From Candidatus Obscuribacterales bacterium (GTDB lineage: Bacteria; Cyanobacteriota; Vampirovibrionia; Obscuribacterales; Obscuribacteraceae): 64,000 nt of DNA. Numbering within the stretch: position 1 is the first letter of the stretch; every line of letters begins with the position of its first letter. A model generated the notes under the pieces. That model was not told the origin of the DNA, did not search any database, and worked only from the letters and a program-made list of their open reading frames with translations. A program made the translations under genes and the position numbers. Positions 19,277-29,315 of this stretch are shown here, piece after piece. The stretch lies in assembly GCA_965228855.1 (NCBI GenBank), contig CBDDIJ010000003.1, forward strand, positions 3,232,001-3,296,000, in the 5' to 3' direction.

Positions 19277-20119
19277 ATGAGAGAGCCATCTATCGATTTA
19301 GAGAGAGTGCCAATGCAACCGGAAGCGCAAAACAATCCTGACCTTCTAGCAAATCAGGCTATGCGCTTGCTCGACACATTCGAAGCGGAGCTTGAGCAGG
19401 GCAATACAGCATCATGGACGCCGGTTTTAGAACGTTTGGAAACAATATTTGCCAAGTATGGCAGTACTTTCATAGGCGGCCGACGTCAAAGTCCGATTGA
19501 ACTTCCGACTGAATCAATTGACGACACCTATGAAGAGCTTCAGTCAAAGCTCTTCTTCGTCAGGCAGGCGCTCGCTCGAGGGATCGCTTCAGAAAAACAC
19601 TTAGAACAGCAGCTTGCGAAAAACAAGGAGCACGTTGCGACCTGGCGCGACCGCGAATCAACTGCGGTTGCTAAAGAAAACTCCGAACTAACACTAACTG
19701 CTCAGCACCGTCATAAAGAATACGCCAAGGCTGGTGCAAAGCTTGAAGAACATCTTGAGGAGCAAAGGAAGTCCAATCTTGCGGTGCGTGCGCGCCTAAC
19801 TGAATTCGAGAATTTTGTGCAAAGCGCATACACTAAAAAACTGATCCTGGCCAGTCGACATGCAGCAGCAGAAGCCAGCATGAACGTTATCGAAGCCATG
19901 AAAGATCTAGATTCAAGCGATATCTTGTCGGCTTTGGACGATTACGAGAAGCTTGTGGAGGACTGTGAACTGGAGGTTGCAAGTTCTCTGCCTGATTTGC
20001 AAACCAAGAGTGTTGTACCAAATTCCTCCTGGACCAAGCTTGCAAGGATTTTGGAACGTAACATATCGATCATGCAAAAATTGCAGGAGACTATTCAAAA
20101 TCAGAATCCTGAAAAATAG
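19277..20119 (+). CDS. PspA/IM30-like coiled-coil protein (divergent)
   Basis: RQALARGIASEKHLEQQL..W.DR..AVAKENSEL..A..TKKLILASRHAAAEAS resembles PspA helices 1-4. Confidence 0.65.
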   Translation: MREPSIDLERVPMQPEAQNNPDLLANQAMRLLDTFEAELEQGNTASWTPVLERLETIFAKYGSTFIGGRRQSPIELPTESIDDTYEELQSKLFFVRQALARGIASEKHLEQQLAKNKEHVATWRDRESTAVAKENSELTLTAQHRHKEYAKAGAKLEEHLEEQRKSNLAVRARLTEFENFVQSAYTKKLILASRHAAAEASMNVIEAMKDLDSSDILSALDDYEKLVEDCELEVASSLPDLQTKSVVPNSSWTKLARILERNISIMQKLQETIQNQNPEK

Positions 20120-20490
20120 CGTTCTTACTCCCAAAAGTTTTTAACACCTTGGGACGAAGCTAAACAATGCTGACGAATCCATCTATTGCCACCATATTTG
20201 GTGCGCTATCAATCCCCGGTCCACGCAGTAGATAAAGATAGAGGCCACATTGTTGATACCGCCCATGATGCATTAGCTTCAAGATGCGCAATTTCTGCCT
20301 TAAGCAGACCTGCTTGCACTATTGGGATAGATTATGCATTATTACAGCTAGTGCCTTACAACTGGTGCCCGGTGGCAAGATATGTAAGGTTGGCCCACAA
20401 GCTGGCGGTTTTGCTTATTCACTTCGAACGCTAGCTTACTCTCACTTCGTGCTCGACGCCCTGATCCCGCGCTCGACGCCGTGGAGCCCC

Positions 20491-21723
20491 ATGGAAGAAA
20501 CCTTTGAAATTTGTGACCTTTCGGGAGTTGTCCGTGTGTCGGTGCCCGTCATCCGTTCCCTCTTCGCCTGGGGTCTTGTGCTTAGCCTGAGCGCCAGCAC
20601 CCCGCCAGCCGCTTTTGCCGCTGATACCCCGACCGAAGCCGGCGAAGCCCCGATGCTGCGAAGCACCATCATCCAGACCGAGTGCCCCCCTCCTCAAACC
20701 CCGACCGTCAACACGGGGGATGTGCGAGTGGTGGCACAAGACACGACGCTGGAGATGTACCTCACAACCGAGATTGACTCCGGCGAGACCGCGGAAGGCG
20801 ATGAGTTCTTCGGCAAAATCAGCAAGGACGTGCTCGTGGACGACCGGGTGGTGATACCCAAGGGCACGCTGGTGCACGGGGTGCTGAGCGCACTGGAAGG
20901 ACCGAAGCGCGCGGGCCGCAATGGCTATATCAACACTCGCTTGGATTATTTGATCACGCCCGACGGGCGTAAAGTCCCAATCGAAGGCAACAGCACGACG
21001 CGGGATTCAAAACGAAAGGCCGCAGCCAAGGTCGTCGGGCGCGCGGCAGGCTATACCGCAATTGGTGGCGTAGTGGGCACAGTGATGGCACTGCAATTTG
21101 GCGGTCTGGATGCGGCGGTGGCCAGCCACGGAACCACCCTGGCGGGTGGAGCGGCCGCTGGTGGGGCTGCCGGTCTGACACTCGCCATGCTGATGAAGGG
21201 TAAAAGCGTGATGCTCCAGCCGGGCGCTGAAATGCACGTAAAACTCAGCGAGCCGCTAAAACTGCCCACAATGACCATGCCCGATGAGACGGCAGAAGAT
21301 TTCAGCATCCCTGGTCTGGATGTGAAAGTGACGGGCATGCACATTGACCGCCGCCCGACCGGCGGAGTAGGCGAAATTGCGCTGGCGCTGGACATTGTGA
21401 ATGAAACCGAAAATACTTTCTCCACGTTTGAAATTGGCCTGGAAGACGAGCGGGGCACCGTGTTCTTCCCCTCTCCCCTTGGCGATATGGGCTTGCCGTC
21501 CAGCCAGATCAAGCCCGGCGGTCACCTCAATAGCAACATCACCTTCAGCGTGGACAACGTCAAAAGCCGCTACAAGCTAGTGTTTTTCAAGCCGTATTCT
21601 CGTGAACCACTGGCAGAATTCGCCCTGACCGATGCCATGCTTGCGAGCGGCAAAGCGAGCCCCAAAGGCAAGCACGTGGCCACCAAAGCGCGCAATCCAG
21701 ACTCAGCGGCCCATGAACAGTGA
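20491..21723 (+). CDS. TrbI/VirB10-like beta-domain protein with glycine zipper and C-terminal Ig-like domain
   Basis: LTTEIDSGETAEGDEFFGKISKDV..VIPKGTLVHG..YLITPDGRKVPIEG; GGVVG..GGAAAGGAAG zipper. The start is uncertain (track gives 20284); a signal-like segment ends AFA-A. Confidence 0.65.
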   Translation: MEETFEICDLSGVVRVSVPVIRSLFAWGLVLSLSASTPPAAFAADTPTEAGEAPMLRSTIIQTECPPPQTPTVNTGDVRVVAQDTTLEMYLTTEIDSGETAEGDEFFGKISKDVLVDDRVVIPKGTLVHGVLSALEGPKRAGRNGYINTRLDYLITPDGRKVPIEGNSTTRDSKRKAAAKVVGRAAGYTAIGGVVGTVMALQFGGLDAAVASHGTTLAGGAAAGGAAGLTLAMLMKGKSVMLQPGAEMHVKLSEPLKLPTMTMPDETAEDFSIPGLDVKVTGMHIDRRPTGGVGEIALALDIVNETENTFSTFEIGLEDERGTVFFPSPLGDMGLPSSQIKPGGHLNSNITFSVDNVKSRYKLVFFKPYSREPLAEFALTDAMLASGKASPKGKHVATKARNPDSAAHEQ

Positions 21724-21743
21724 GTTTGATTGGTCGATTTGAA

Positions 21744-22031
21744 CTATCTAGCTTCTGCACCGCATACGGTGCAACTGATCTGAAACAGTTTAGGCACGTG
21801 CATGTGCGAAATCGTCTCTTTAGCTTTCACACAGCTGCAGGATGCAACGCGCTTGGTGATGCGTCTGACGCGCTTTGAGTTCTTCTTCCAATCGATAAAT
21901 GCTGCGGTTATCAGGGAAAAACAGAGAATCCCTAAACCAGGAAGTTTGTAGTCATGGGGCGCAAATACCAGAGCTATGATCGATACGAAGAGAATTTCGT
22001 TACCGAGGTTGAATTTATTTTTGAACGCCAT
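21744..22031 (-). CDS. Small membrane protein with C-terminal Cys motifs
   Basis: GGAGG RBS; two hydrophobic segments; CSC and CTVC. Confidence 0.55.
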   Translation of the reverse strand: MAFKNKFNLGNEILFVSIIALVFAPHDYKLPGLGILCFSLITAAFIDWKKNSKRVRRITKRVASCSCVKAKETISHMHVPKLFQISCTVCGAEAR

Positions 22032-22382
22032 CTGTCGTCCTCCAGTGTTGGTGGGGGGCGGTTACCTTGTTCGAGTTGCAAGAGAGACGCCCAAGCGCCC
22101 TTGCTTTCCCGACAATTTATTTGCGACATGTCAAGTATGACGGTAAATCATTTAAATGGCAAGGAGTCTAAGCATTTACAGGTTCTAATCTAACGGACTA
22201 GTGAGCTGGCACAGAAACATTCGGTTTCGCGCAAAAATGGGCTTCTCCGGACAATTTGCTGAGAACTAAAGTCCAATCACTTTACAAAACTATTTTTCGA
22301 CCACGTCAGGAAGCGGACGAACACTTCACCGTCACAACCGTGTTGTAAGCTGAAAATCATTGTCACAGGTAACAAACAATGG

Positions 22383-23537
22383 ATGATGAAACTGTTTAAA
22401 ACACTGTCACTGTGTTCCAGCGCCCTACTGCTCTTACTGTTCACATCAGGCTGTCATGAATCGCTTGACAGCGAAGCAGCAGCTCATGTTGCACACCAAT
22501 TCAAGATTGGCAAAGACCCACAGAATGCTGAAGAAGCATCGCATACGACTTACGAAGTCAGTAAGCCCTTAGTCAAAGACCTGACGCTCAACGATGAATA
22601 TGTTTGCCAGATTAGAGCCATACAGCATATTGAAATTCGTTCTTTAGAGAAGGGGTACCTGCAAAATGTGCTCGTAGACGAAGGCGAAACTGTTCGTCAG
22701 GGACAACTGCTTTTTCAGATAAAGCCCAGTGTCTACGAAGCCGATGTCCAAAAATCGCAAGCAGAGGTTGAGCTCTTGCAAATTGAGCTTGAGAACAACC
22801 AGGCACTTGTCGACAAAGATATTATTTCGTCCACTGAAGCCGCCATGTCTGCCGCCAAGCTTGCGAAAGTCAAAGCGGAACTAGAGCTAGCCAAAACGCA
22901 CTTAGGTTTTACTGAAATTCGAGCCCCGTTCGACGGGCTGATAGGTCGCTTTGGTGACATAAGGCTAGGCAGCCTGCTGGAAGAAAACCAACTATTGACG
23001 ACCTTAAGCGATACCCATCGACTCTGGGTGTACTTCAATGTGCCCGAATCTCAGTACCTGGAGTACATGAAGAACAAGCGACTTTCTCAGAGCGTCCAGC
23101 TGGAACTCGCCAACAAGGAAATCTATCCTGAACCCGGAACTATAGAAGTCATTCAGTCAGACTTTAACAGTACCTCGGGTAATATTGCTTTTCGAGCGAG
23201 CTTTAACAACCCACACGCCCTGTTGCGTTACGGGCAAACAGGCAAGATACTATGGCCCAGGAAGGTCAATCAGGCAGTCATTGTGCCTCAGAAATCAACG
23301 TTTGAAGTCTTAGATAAACGCTTTCTTCTTGTCGTCGACAAAAACGGGTTGATTCACGAACGTGAGATCAAGGTGGCCCGCGAGGAGCCCAACGTTTATG
23401 TCGTCGCTTCCGGTATAAGACCTGACGAGATGTTCCTGCTTGAGCGACAGAACAAACTAGATAAAGGCGACAAAATCAGCTACAAGCTGATTGATCCCAA
23501 AACTGTGATTGAGAATTTGAAACTGTATGCAGAGTAG
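22383..23537 (+). CDS. RND efflux periplasmic adaptor (MFP), lipoprotein
   Basis: Lipobox-like TSGC; GYLQNVLVDEGETVRQGQLLFQI; TEIRAPFDGLIG. Confidence 0.95.
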   Translation: MMKLFKTLSLCSSALLLLLFTSGCHESLDSEAAAHVAHQFKIGKDPQNAEEASHTTYEVSKPLVKDLTLNDEYVCQIRAIQHIEIRSLEKGYLQNVLVDEGETVRQGQLLFQIKPSVYEADVQKSQAEVELLQIELENNQALVDKDIISSTEAAMSAAKLAKVKAELELAKTHLGFTEIRAPFDGLIGRFGDIRLGSLLEENQLLTTLSDTHRLWVYFNVPESQYLEYMKNKRLSQSVQLELANKEIYPEPGTIEVIQSDFNSTSGNIAFRASFNNPHALLRYGQTGKILWPRKVNQAVIVPQKSTFEVLDKRFLLVVDKNGLIHEREIKVAREEPNVYVVASGIRPDEMFLLERQNKLDKGDKISYKLIDPKTVIENLKLYAE

Positions 23538-23554
23538 GTTAGGTTCGGCCAGCT

Positions 23555-26500
23555 ATGTTTCGTAACATCCTTAAACGGCCGGTACTCGGAATTGTTATCT
23601 CGATTTTGATCGTTTTCCTCGGCTGCCTGTCCATTGTGCAGCTTCCTATTTCGCAGTTCCCCCAGATCGCGCCTACCGTCGTCAACCTCTTTATTGCCTA
23701 CCCCGGCGCCAGTGCCAATGTGCTTACCGAGTCGACGCTGATACCACTGGAAGCGGCGATTAACGGGGTTCCTGGCATGCGCTACATGTCCTCTGATGCA
23801 ACCAGTGCCGGTGAGGCTACTGTCCGTTTGGTATTTGAACCAGGTACAGACCCCAACCAGGCGGTGGTTAGCGTCAAAACCCGGGTTGACCAGGTGATGA
23901 ACACATTACCTGACCTCGTTCAGCGAGAGGGCGTCATCATTAGACCCCTACAGCCCTCCATGCTGATGTATGTGGATCTGTATTCTGACTCAAAGTCCTT
24001 TGATCAGAAGTATCTGTTTAATTACGCCTACACCAAGCTGATACCGGAAATTCAACGGATTCCCGGGGTTGCCAACGCGAGCTTATTGGGCAGCAGAACC
24101 TATGCCATGCGGCTGTGGCTTAAGCCTGATCGCATGCGAGCCTACAATATCTCTTCGGAAGACGTGGTTCAGGCCGTTAAAGGCCAAAGTCTTATCGCCC
24201 GCCCCGGCCGGCTTGGCATCAGCTCGGGGAAAAATGCCCAGGCTACTGAATATGTGCTCAACTATGTCGGCCGCTATACCGAGCCTGAGCAATACGAAAA
24301 CATCATTATCAAAAGCTCCGGCTTTGGTGAAATGGTCAAGCTTAAGGACATTGCCTACGTGGAATTGGGCAGTGAGTTTTATGATATTTACCTGAATCTG
24401 GATGGAAAGTCCTCTGCGTCTTTCGTGCTGAAACAGACGGCCGACAGCAATGGCAGGGAAGTCATCAAAAAGGTCAAAGAGAAAATCAGCGAACTCTCCA
24501 AGGCATTTCCAGACGGTATACACGTCCAGTACAGCTACGATGTCTCCAAGTTTTTAGACGCCTCGATTGAGCAAGTCATCGACACGATCCGAGATGCGTT
24601 TATTCTGGTCACTTTGGTCGTCTTTCTGTTTCTGGGAGACTGGCGTTCCACCGTCATTCCGGTCATTGCCGTACCGATTTCACTAGTAGGGGCATTTTTG
24701 GTGCTCCCGGTGTTTGGTATGTCCATTAACCTGATTACCTTATTTGCTCTGGTACTAGCCGTCGGTATCGTGGTGGATGATGCCATTGTGGTGATTGAAG
24801 CGGTCCACGGCAATATGGAGAAAGACCCGTCGCTATCGCCTTATGCGGCGACGCAAAAAGCCATGGGCGAACTGGGAAGCGCTATTCTGGCCATCACTGC
24901 GGTTATGATTTCCGTGTTTGTGCCAATAGCCTTCATTCCCGGTCCGGTGGGCGTATTTTACCGGCAGTTTTCCGTCACGATGGTTAGCGGCATTTTGGTA
25001 TCGGCTTTGGTGGCGTTAACGCTAACACCTGTTTTATGCGCCATGTTTCTCAAAAACCATGCCGGTCACAAACCCTCTCGCCTCAACGTATTTCAATGGT
25101 TTATCGGCCGATTCAATGCCGCTTTCGAAGTACTGACTCGCTGCTACATGTGGCTGCTAAATCGTTTCGTTACCCAAAGAGTAATATGCCTGGGGATCAT
25201 CCTGGCATTCGCTTACGGCATTGTTTATATGAGCGGACAGGTTTCCTCCGGCTTTGTCCCGAATGAAGACCAGGGCACCATCTACGCTATCGTTCAAACA
25301 CCACCGGGATCTTCGCTGGAGTACACCAACAAGGTGATGGGCCAGCTGCAAAAAAGAACCGAAAAGATTGACGGGGTCGAATCGGTGACGTCGATGGCTG
25401 GATACGAAATCATGACAGAAGGCAGAGGCTCCAACGCTGGAACCTGTCTTATCAACCTGAAAAACTGGGAAGAACGCAAACAAAACGTCCATGAAATTAT
25501 TGAGGAATTAGAGCACAACACTGGTGGGTTGCCAGGCACGATTGAATTTTTTGAACCGCCGGCGATTCCTGGCTTTGGCTCCTCCGGTGGCTTTTCACTT
25601 CGATTACTGGATAAAACCGGAGATCTCCGCTACCAGGAGCTGCAGAAAGCCACTCAAGAATTCATGACAAACCTGAGAAAGCGCAAAGAGATTTCAGGGC
25701 TGTTTACCTTCTACAATGCCTCATACCCGCAATATGAAATCGTCATCGATAACCAGGCGGCCATGCAGAAAGGGGTTTCTATAGACACGGCTATGAAAAA
25801 CCTTGATGTCATGTTCAGCGGCTCCTACGAGCAAGGTTTTATTAAATTCGGCCGGTTCTTCAAGGTGTTCACCCAGGCAGCTCCTGAATATCGAAGAAAC
25901 CTGGAGGATTTGGAAACCCAGTTCGTGAAAAATGAGGATGGGGACATGGTCCCCTACTCGTCGTTTATGACCCTTAAAAAATCAAAAGGGGCCAATGAAA
26001 TTACACGTTATAACATGTACAACTCCGCCGCCATCCGTGGATTTCCGGCGAAAGGGTACACGTCTGGCGACGCCATTAATGCTATCCGCGAAGTGGCTAA
26101 AGATACCTTGTCTAGAGAATACGACATTGCCTGGGAAGACCTGGCCTACGACGAAGCGAAGCGAGGTAATGAGTTTGTTATTATCTCTTGCATCGTAGTG
26201 CTTTTCGTCTATCTAGTACTGGCAGCCCAATACGAGAGTTTTGTACTACCGTTGGCAGTTCTCTTTTCCTTGCCCGTCGGTATTTTTGGCTCATTCACAA
26301 TGCTCCAAGTGATGGGTTTGGCTAACGATGTGTATGCACAAATCGCTATTATTACCCTGCTTGGACTGTTGGGTAAAAATGCTGTGCTAATCGTCGAGTT
26401 TGCCGTTCAGAAAAGGAATGAAGGCTTATCGTTGCGAAACGCTGCCCTTGAGGGCGCCAGGATGCGGTTTAGACCTATCCTGATGACGTCCTTTGCCTTC

Positions 26501-27676
26501 GTCGCTGGGCTTATCCCCCTTGTGGTGTCGCATGGCGCCGGGGCGGTAGGGAATCGCACCCTGGGTTCATCGGCCCTGGGTGGGATGGTTGCGGGCACCG
26601 TAATTGGCGTGTTGGTTATTCCGGGGCTCTACTTTCTTTTCGCCACGCTGGTTGATGGCAAAAGTCTGCTGAAAGATCAAGACCATAGCAGTATCACGGA
26701 CGCCATTTTGAGGAGGAAAGAACACTTATCGCAAACAGGAAAACTTATTAAACTACTGCTTGAAAAAACGAAGCCCTTCATAGTTCACGACACCCCGCCT
26801 GCAGTTGCAGCCGATGCTAAACCTTCAATTGCAGATGATGCCAAACCAACAGTTGCAGCAGATGCGAAGCCTCCGGTCGCAACCGATGCGAAACCTACAG
26901 TTGCAGCCGATCCGAAACCTACAGCTGCAACCGAAGCGAAACCTACAGCTGCAACCGAAGCGAAACCTTCAGTTGCAGCCGATCCGAAGCCTCCGGTCGC
27001 AGCCGATGCAAAGCCTCCAGTTCCAGCCGATCATCCGAAACCTCCAGTTTCAGCTGATGCGAAGCCTCCAGTTCCAGCCGATCCGAAACCTCCAGTTCCA
27101 GCCGATCCGAAACCTCCAGCTCCAACCGAAGCGAAACCTCCAGCTCCAACCGCTCCGAAACCTCCAGTTCCAGTTGATGCGAAGCCTCCAGTTCCAGCCG
27201 ATCCGAAACCTCCAGTTTCAGCTGATGCGAAGCCTCAAGTTCCAGCGGATCCGAAACCTCCAGCTCCAACCGAAGCGAAACCTCAAGTTCCAGCGGATCC
27301 GAAACCTCCAGTTTCAGCTGATGCGAAGCCTTCAGTTCCAGCCGCTCCGAAACCTCAAGTTCCAGCGGATCCGAAACCTCCAGTTTCAGCTGATGCGAAG
27401 CCTTCAGTTCCAGCCGATCCGAAACCTCCTGTTCCAGCCGACGCGAAGCCTCCAGTTCCAGCCGCTCCGAAACCTGCAGTTTCAACCGAAGCGAAACCTC
27501 CAGTTGCAACAGAAGCGAAGCCTCCAGTTGCAGCCGATCCGAAACCTCCTGTTCCAGCCGACGCGAAACCGCCACTCGCAACAGAAGCGAAGCCTGCAGT
27601 TGCAGCCGATCCGAAACCTCAAGTGCCAGCCGACGCGAAGCCTCCACTCGCAGCTGATGAAAAGCCTAAGAAGTAG
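23555..27676 (+). CDS. RND efflux permease (HAE1/AcrB family) with a ~290-aa Pro/Ala-rich C-terminal repeat tail
   Basis: LPISQFPQIAP, GIVVDDAIVVIE, GKNAVLIVEFA and RFRPILMTSFAF. Confidence 0.96.
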   Translation: MFRNILKRPVLGIVISILIVFLGCLSIVQLPISQFPQIAPTVVNLFIAYPGASANVLTESTLIPLEAAINGVPGMRYMSSDATSAGEATVRLVFEPGTDPNQAVVSVKTRVDQVMNTLPDLVQREGVIIRPLQPSMLMYVDLYSDSKSFDQKYLFNYAYTKLIPEIQRIPGVANASLLGSRTYAMRLWLKPDRMRAYNISSEDVVQAVKGQSLIARPGRLGISSGKNAQATEYVLNYVGRYTEPEQYENIIIKSSGFGEMVKLKDIAYVELGSEFYDIYLNLDGKSSASFVLKQTADSNGREVIKKVKEKISELSKAFPDGIHVQYSYDVSKFLDASIEQVIDTIRDAFILVTLVVFLFLGDWRSTVIPVIAVPISLVGAFLVLPVFGMSINLITLFALVLAVGIVVDDAIVVIEAVHGNMEKDPSLSPYAATQKAMGELGSAILAITAVMISVFVPIAFIPGPVGVFYRQFSVTMVSGILVSALVALTLTPVLCAMFLKNHAGHKPSRLNVFQWFIGRFNAAFEVLTRCYMWLLNRFVTQRVICLGIILAFAYGIVYMSGQVSSGFVPNEDQGTIYAIVQTPPGSSLEYTNKVMGQLQKRTEKIDGVESVTSMAGYEIMTEGRGSNAGTCLINLKNWEERKQNVHEIIEELEHNTGGLPGTIEFFEPPAIPGFGSSGGFSLRLLDKTGDLRYQELQKATQEFMTNLRKRKEISGLFTFYNASYPQYEIVIDNQAAMQKGVSIDTAMKNLDVMFSGSYEQGFIKFGRFFKVFTQAAPEYRRNLEDLETQFVKNEDGDMVPYSSFMTLKKSKGANEITRYNMYNSAAIRGFPAKGYTSGDAINAIREVAKDTLSREYDIAWEDLAYDEAKRGNEFVIISCIVVLFVYLVLAAQYESFVLPLAVLFSLPVGIFGSFTMLQVMGLANDVYAQIAIITLLGLLGKNAVLIVEFAVQKRNEGLSLRNAALEGARMRFRPILMTSFAFVAGLIPLVVSHGAGAVGNRTLGSSALGGMVAGTVIGVLVIPGLYFLFATLVDGKSLLKDQDHSSITDAILRRKEHLSQTGKLIKLLLEKTKPFIVHDTPPAVAADAKPSIADDAKPTVAADAKPPVATDAKPTVAADPKPTAATEAKPTAATEAKPSVAADPKPPVAADAKPPVPADHPKPPVSADAKPPVPADPKPPVPADPKPPAPTEAKPPAPTAPKPPVPVDAKPPVPADPKPPVSADAKPQVPADPKPPAPTEAKPQVPADPKPPVSADAKPSVPAAPKPQVPADPKPPVSADAKPSVPADPKPPVPADAKPPVPAAPKPAVSTEAKPPVATEAKPPVAADPKPPVPADAKPPLATEAKPAVAADPKPQVPADAKPPLAADEKPKK
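26798..27664 (+). repeat. Coding tandem repeat, 36 units of 24 bp (one unit of 27 bp), consensus PPVPADPK/PPVAADAK
   Basis: Units counted from the translation; DNA consensus approximately cctccagttccagccgatccgaaa. Confidence 0.95.
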
Positions 27677-27686
27677 TCAGTCAACC

Positions 27687-29216
27687 ATGAGCGGAATGAA
27701 CAGAATTAAACTCGTTAGCCTTCTAACACTCATAGCTTTTATGGGAGTCCTACAGGCGCCTGCTTTTGCAAAAAAATCGTTCTTTCATCCGCTTGAGCTA
27801 TTTGAAAAAAAGCCGACATTCAACGTCCCAACAAAGTATGACACTCAGTCATCTCAGGACACTACGCAGTCACCAGACACTCAGAAATCACCGGACACTC
27901 CGCAGCTTCGGGGTGCTATCGCTGTTGATAGCGCGGCTTTCATTAGCTGGCGGCAGTTTTTTTCCGATCCTGCTCTTGTCGCCCTGATTGAAACAGCCCT
28001 GGCAAATAACCAAGAATTCAATATTACGCTTCAGGATATTCAAATTGCTGGCAACGAAGTGAGAGAAAGGCAGTCTGAGTATTGGCCTAAAGTTGGCGTG
28101 GGGCTTGGCGGAAGCTACATCAGACCATCCGAAAACACCCCGGAAGGCGTGTTGGACACAATTGTCGAGAGAGACTTTTACAGATACCCGGATTTCAATC
28201 TGAATCTGGGTCCTGCCCTGAGCTGGGAAGTGGATATCTGGAGAAGATTCAGGAATGCCAAAGAGGCAGCCAGAATGCGAATGATCGCACAGTACGAGGT
28301 CCGAAATTTTCTCATTTCCAGGCTCGTTACTGAAATAGCCCGCAACTACTATGAATTGATGGCTCTGGATACGTCGCTGAAGATACTGGATGCAAACATT
28401 ACCATCCAGGAAGCGGCGTTTCTAAAAATGAAGGCCTTGAAGCAATATGCCAAAGCAAACCAGTTAGCGGTCAATCGGTTTGAAGCGCAGTTAAACAAGA
28501 CTAGAAGCCAGCGGGCTGCAACCAGTCAGAGAGTTGTTGAAAAAGAGAATCGTCTGAAGTTCCTCACCGGTAGATATGATGAAGGGCCAATCGTCCGAAA
28601 CTCAGAGGAGTTTATGACGTTGCCGGTGAATGAATTGCAAACGGGTGTGCCTTCTCAACTTTTGGAAAACAGAGCCGATATTCGCCAGGCTGAAGCGGCA
28701 ATCAAGGCGGCAAAGCTCAATTTAAAAAGCGTCAAAGCTCAGCTATATCCAAACCTCACGATTCGGGCAGGTGTGGGCTTTTCGGGGTTTAGCCCCGCAC
28801 TGCTGTTTAAAACACCACAGTCGTTGTTCTATAACGCGATTGGTGACTTTATGCTTCCATTGATCAACAGAAGAGCCATCCTTGCACGAATTCAAACAGC
28901 CGATGCCCTGCAAACTCAAGCGGTTTTGACCTATGAGCAAACTCTGCTAAAAGCCTACACCGACGTACTTGTTCAGGAGTCAAACATAAGAAAAATGCAG
29001 CAGGCTTTTGATACCAAAAAGCGAGAGGTTGTCTTGCTTGAGGAATCTATCAGTACTGCGAATATGCTGTTTAAGTACGCCAAGGCAACTTACATCGAAG
29101 TGTTGCTTGTCCAGGAAGAGAAACTGAATGCCGAAAGAGAACTGGTTGAAGTGAAGATGAACCTGGTCGGGTCCAGAGTTGATCTCTATCGAGCACTAGG
29201 GGGCGGCTGGCGATAA
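27687..29216 (+). CDS. TolC/NodT-family outer membrane efflux protein
   Basis: ATG at 27687 or 27696 followed by a signal peptide; WRQFFSDPALVALIETALANN, GVPSQLLENRADIRQAE and LYRALGGGW. Confidence 0.93.
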   Translation: MSGMNRIKLVSLLTLIAFMGVLQAPAFAKKSFFHPLELFEKKPTFNVPTKYDTQSSQDTTQSPDTQKSPDTPQLRGAIAVDSAAFISWRQFFSDPALVALIETALANNQEFNITLQDIQIAGNEVRERQSEYWPKVGVGLGGSYIRPSENTPEGVLDTIVERDFYRYPDFNLNLGPALSWEVDIWRRFRNAKEAARMRMIAQYEVRNFLISRLVTEIARNYYELMALDTSLKILDANITIQEAAFLKMKALKQYAKANQLAVNRFEAQLNKTRSQRAATSQRVVEKENRLKFLTGRYDEGPIVRNSEEFMTLPVNELQTGVPSQLLENRADIRQAEAAIKAAKLNLKSVKAQLYPNLTIRAGVGFSGFSPALLFKTPQSLFYNAIGDFMLPLINRRAILARIQTADALQTQAVLTYEQTLLKAYTDVLVQESNIRKMQQAFDTKKREVVLLEESISTANMLFKYAKATYIEVLLVQEEKLNAERELVEVKMNLVGSRVDLYRALGGGWR

Positions 29217-29315
29217 AAGAGCCTTCGATAAAGTCCACCTACTCAGTGAACTAATCAAACTTTGGGGTCGCTCTCGCCGCTGCAAAAACACTAAGACTGC
29301 TGACGACTAGCGTCC

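Noticed and set aside
26943..27647. 234-aa minus-strand ORF with LELEVS repeats
   Set aside because: Antisense shadow of the 24-bp tandem repeat.
26798..27664. Possible CRISPR array
   Set aside because: The units are contiguous, degenerate and in-frame coding, with no unique spacers and no cas genes.
26805..27686. 803-aa ORF read as TolC with a Q/L/R-rich N-terminal repeat
   Set aside because: It is the alternative frame of the permease repeat. A normal signal peptide starts at 27687/27696, so the extension is probably not translated.
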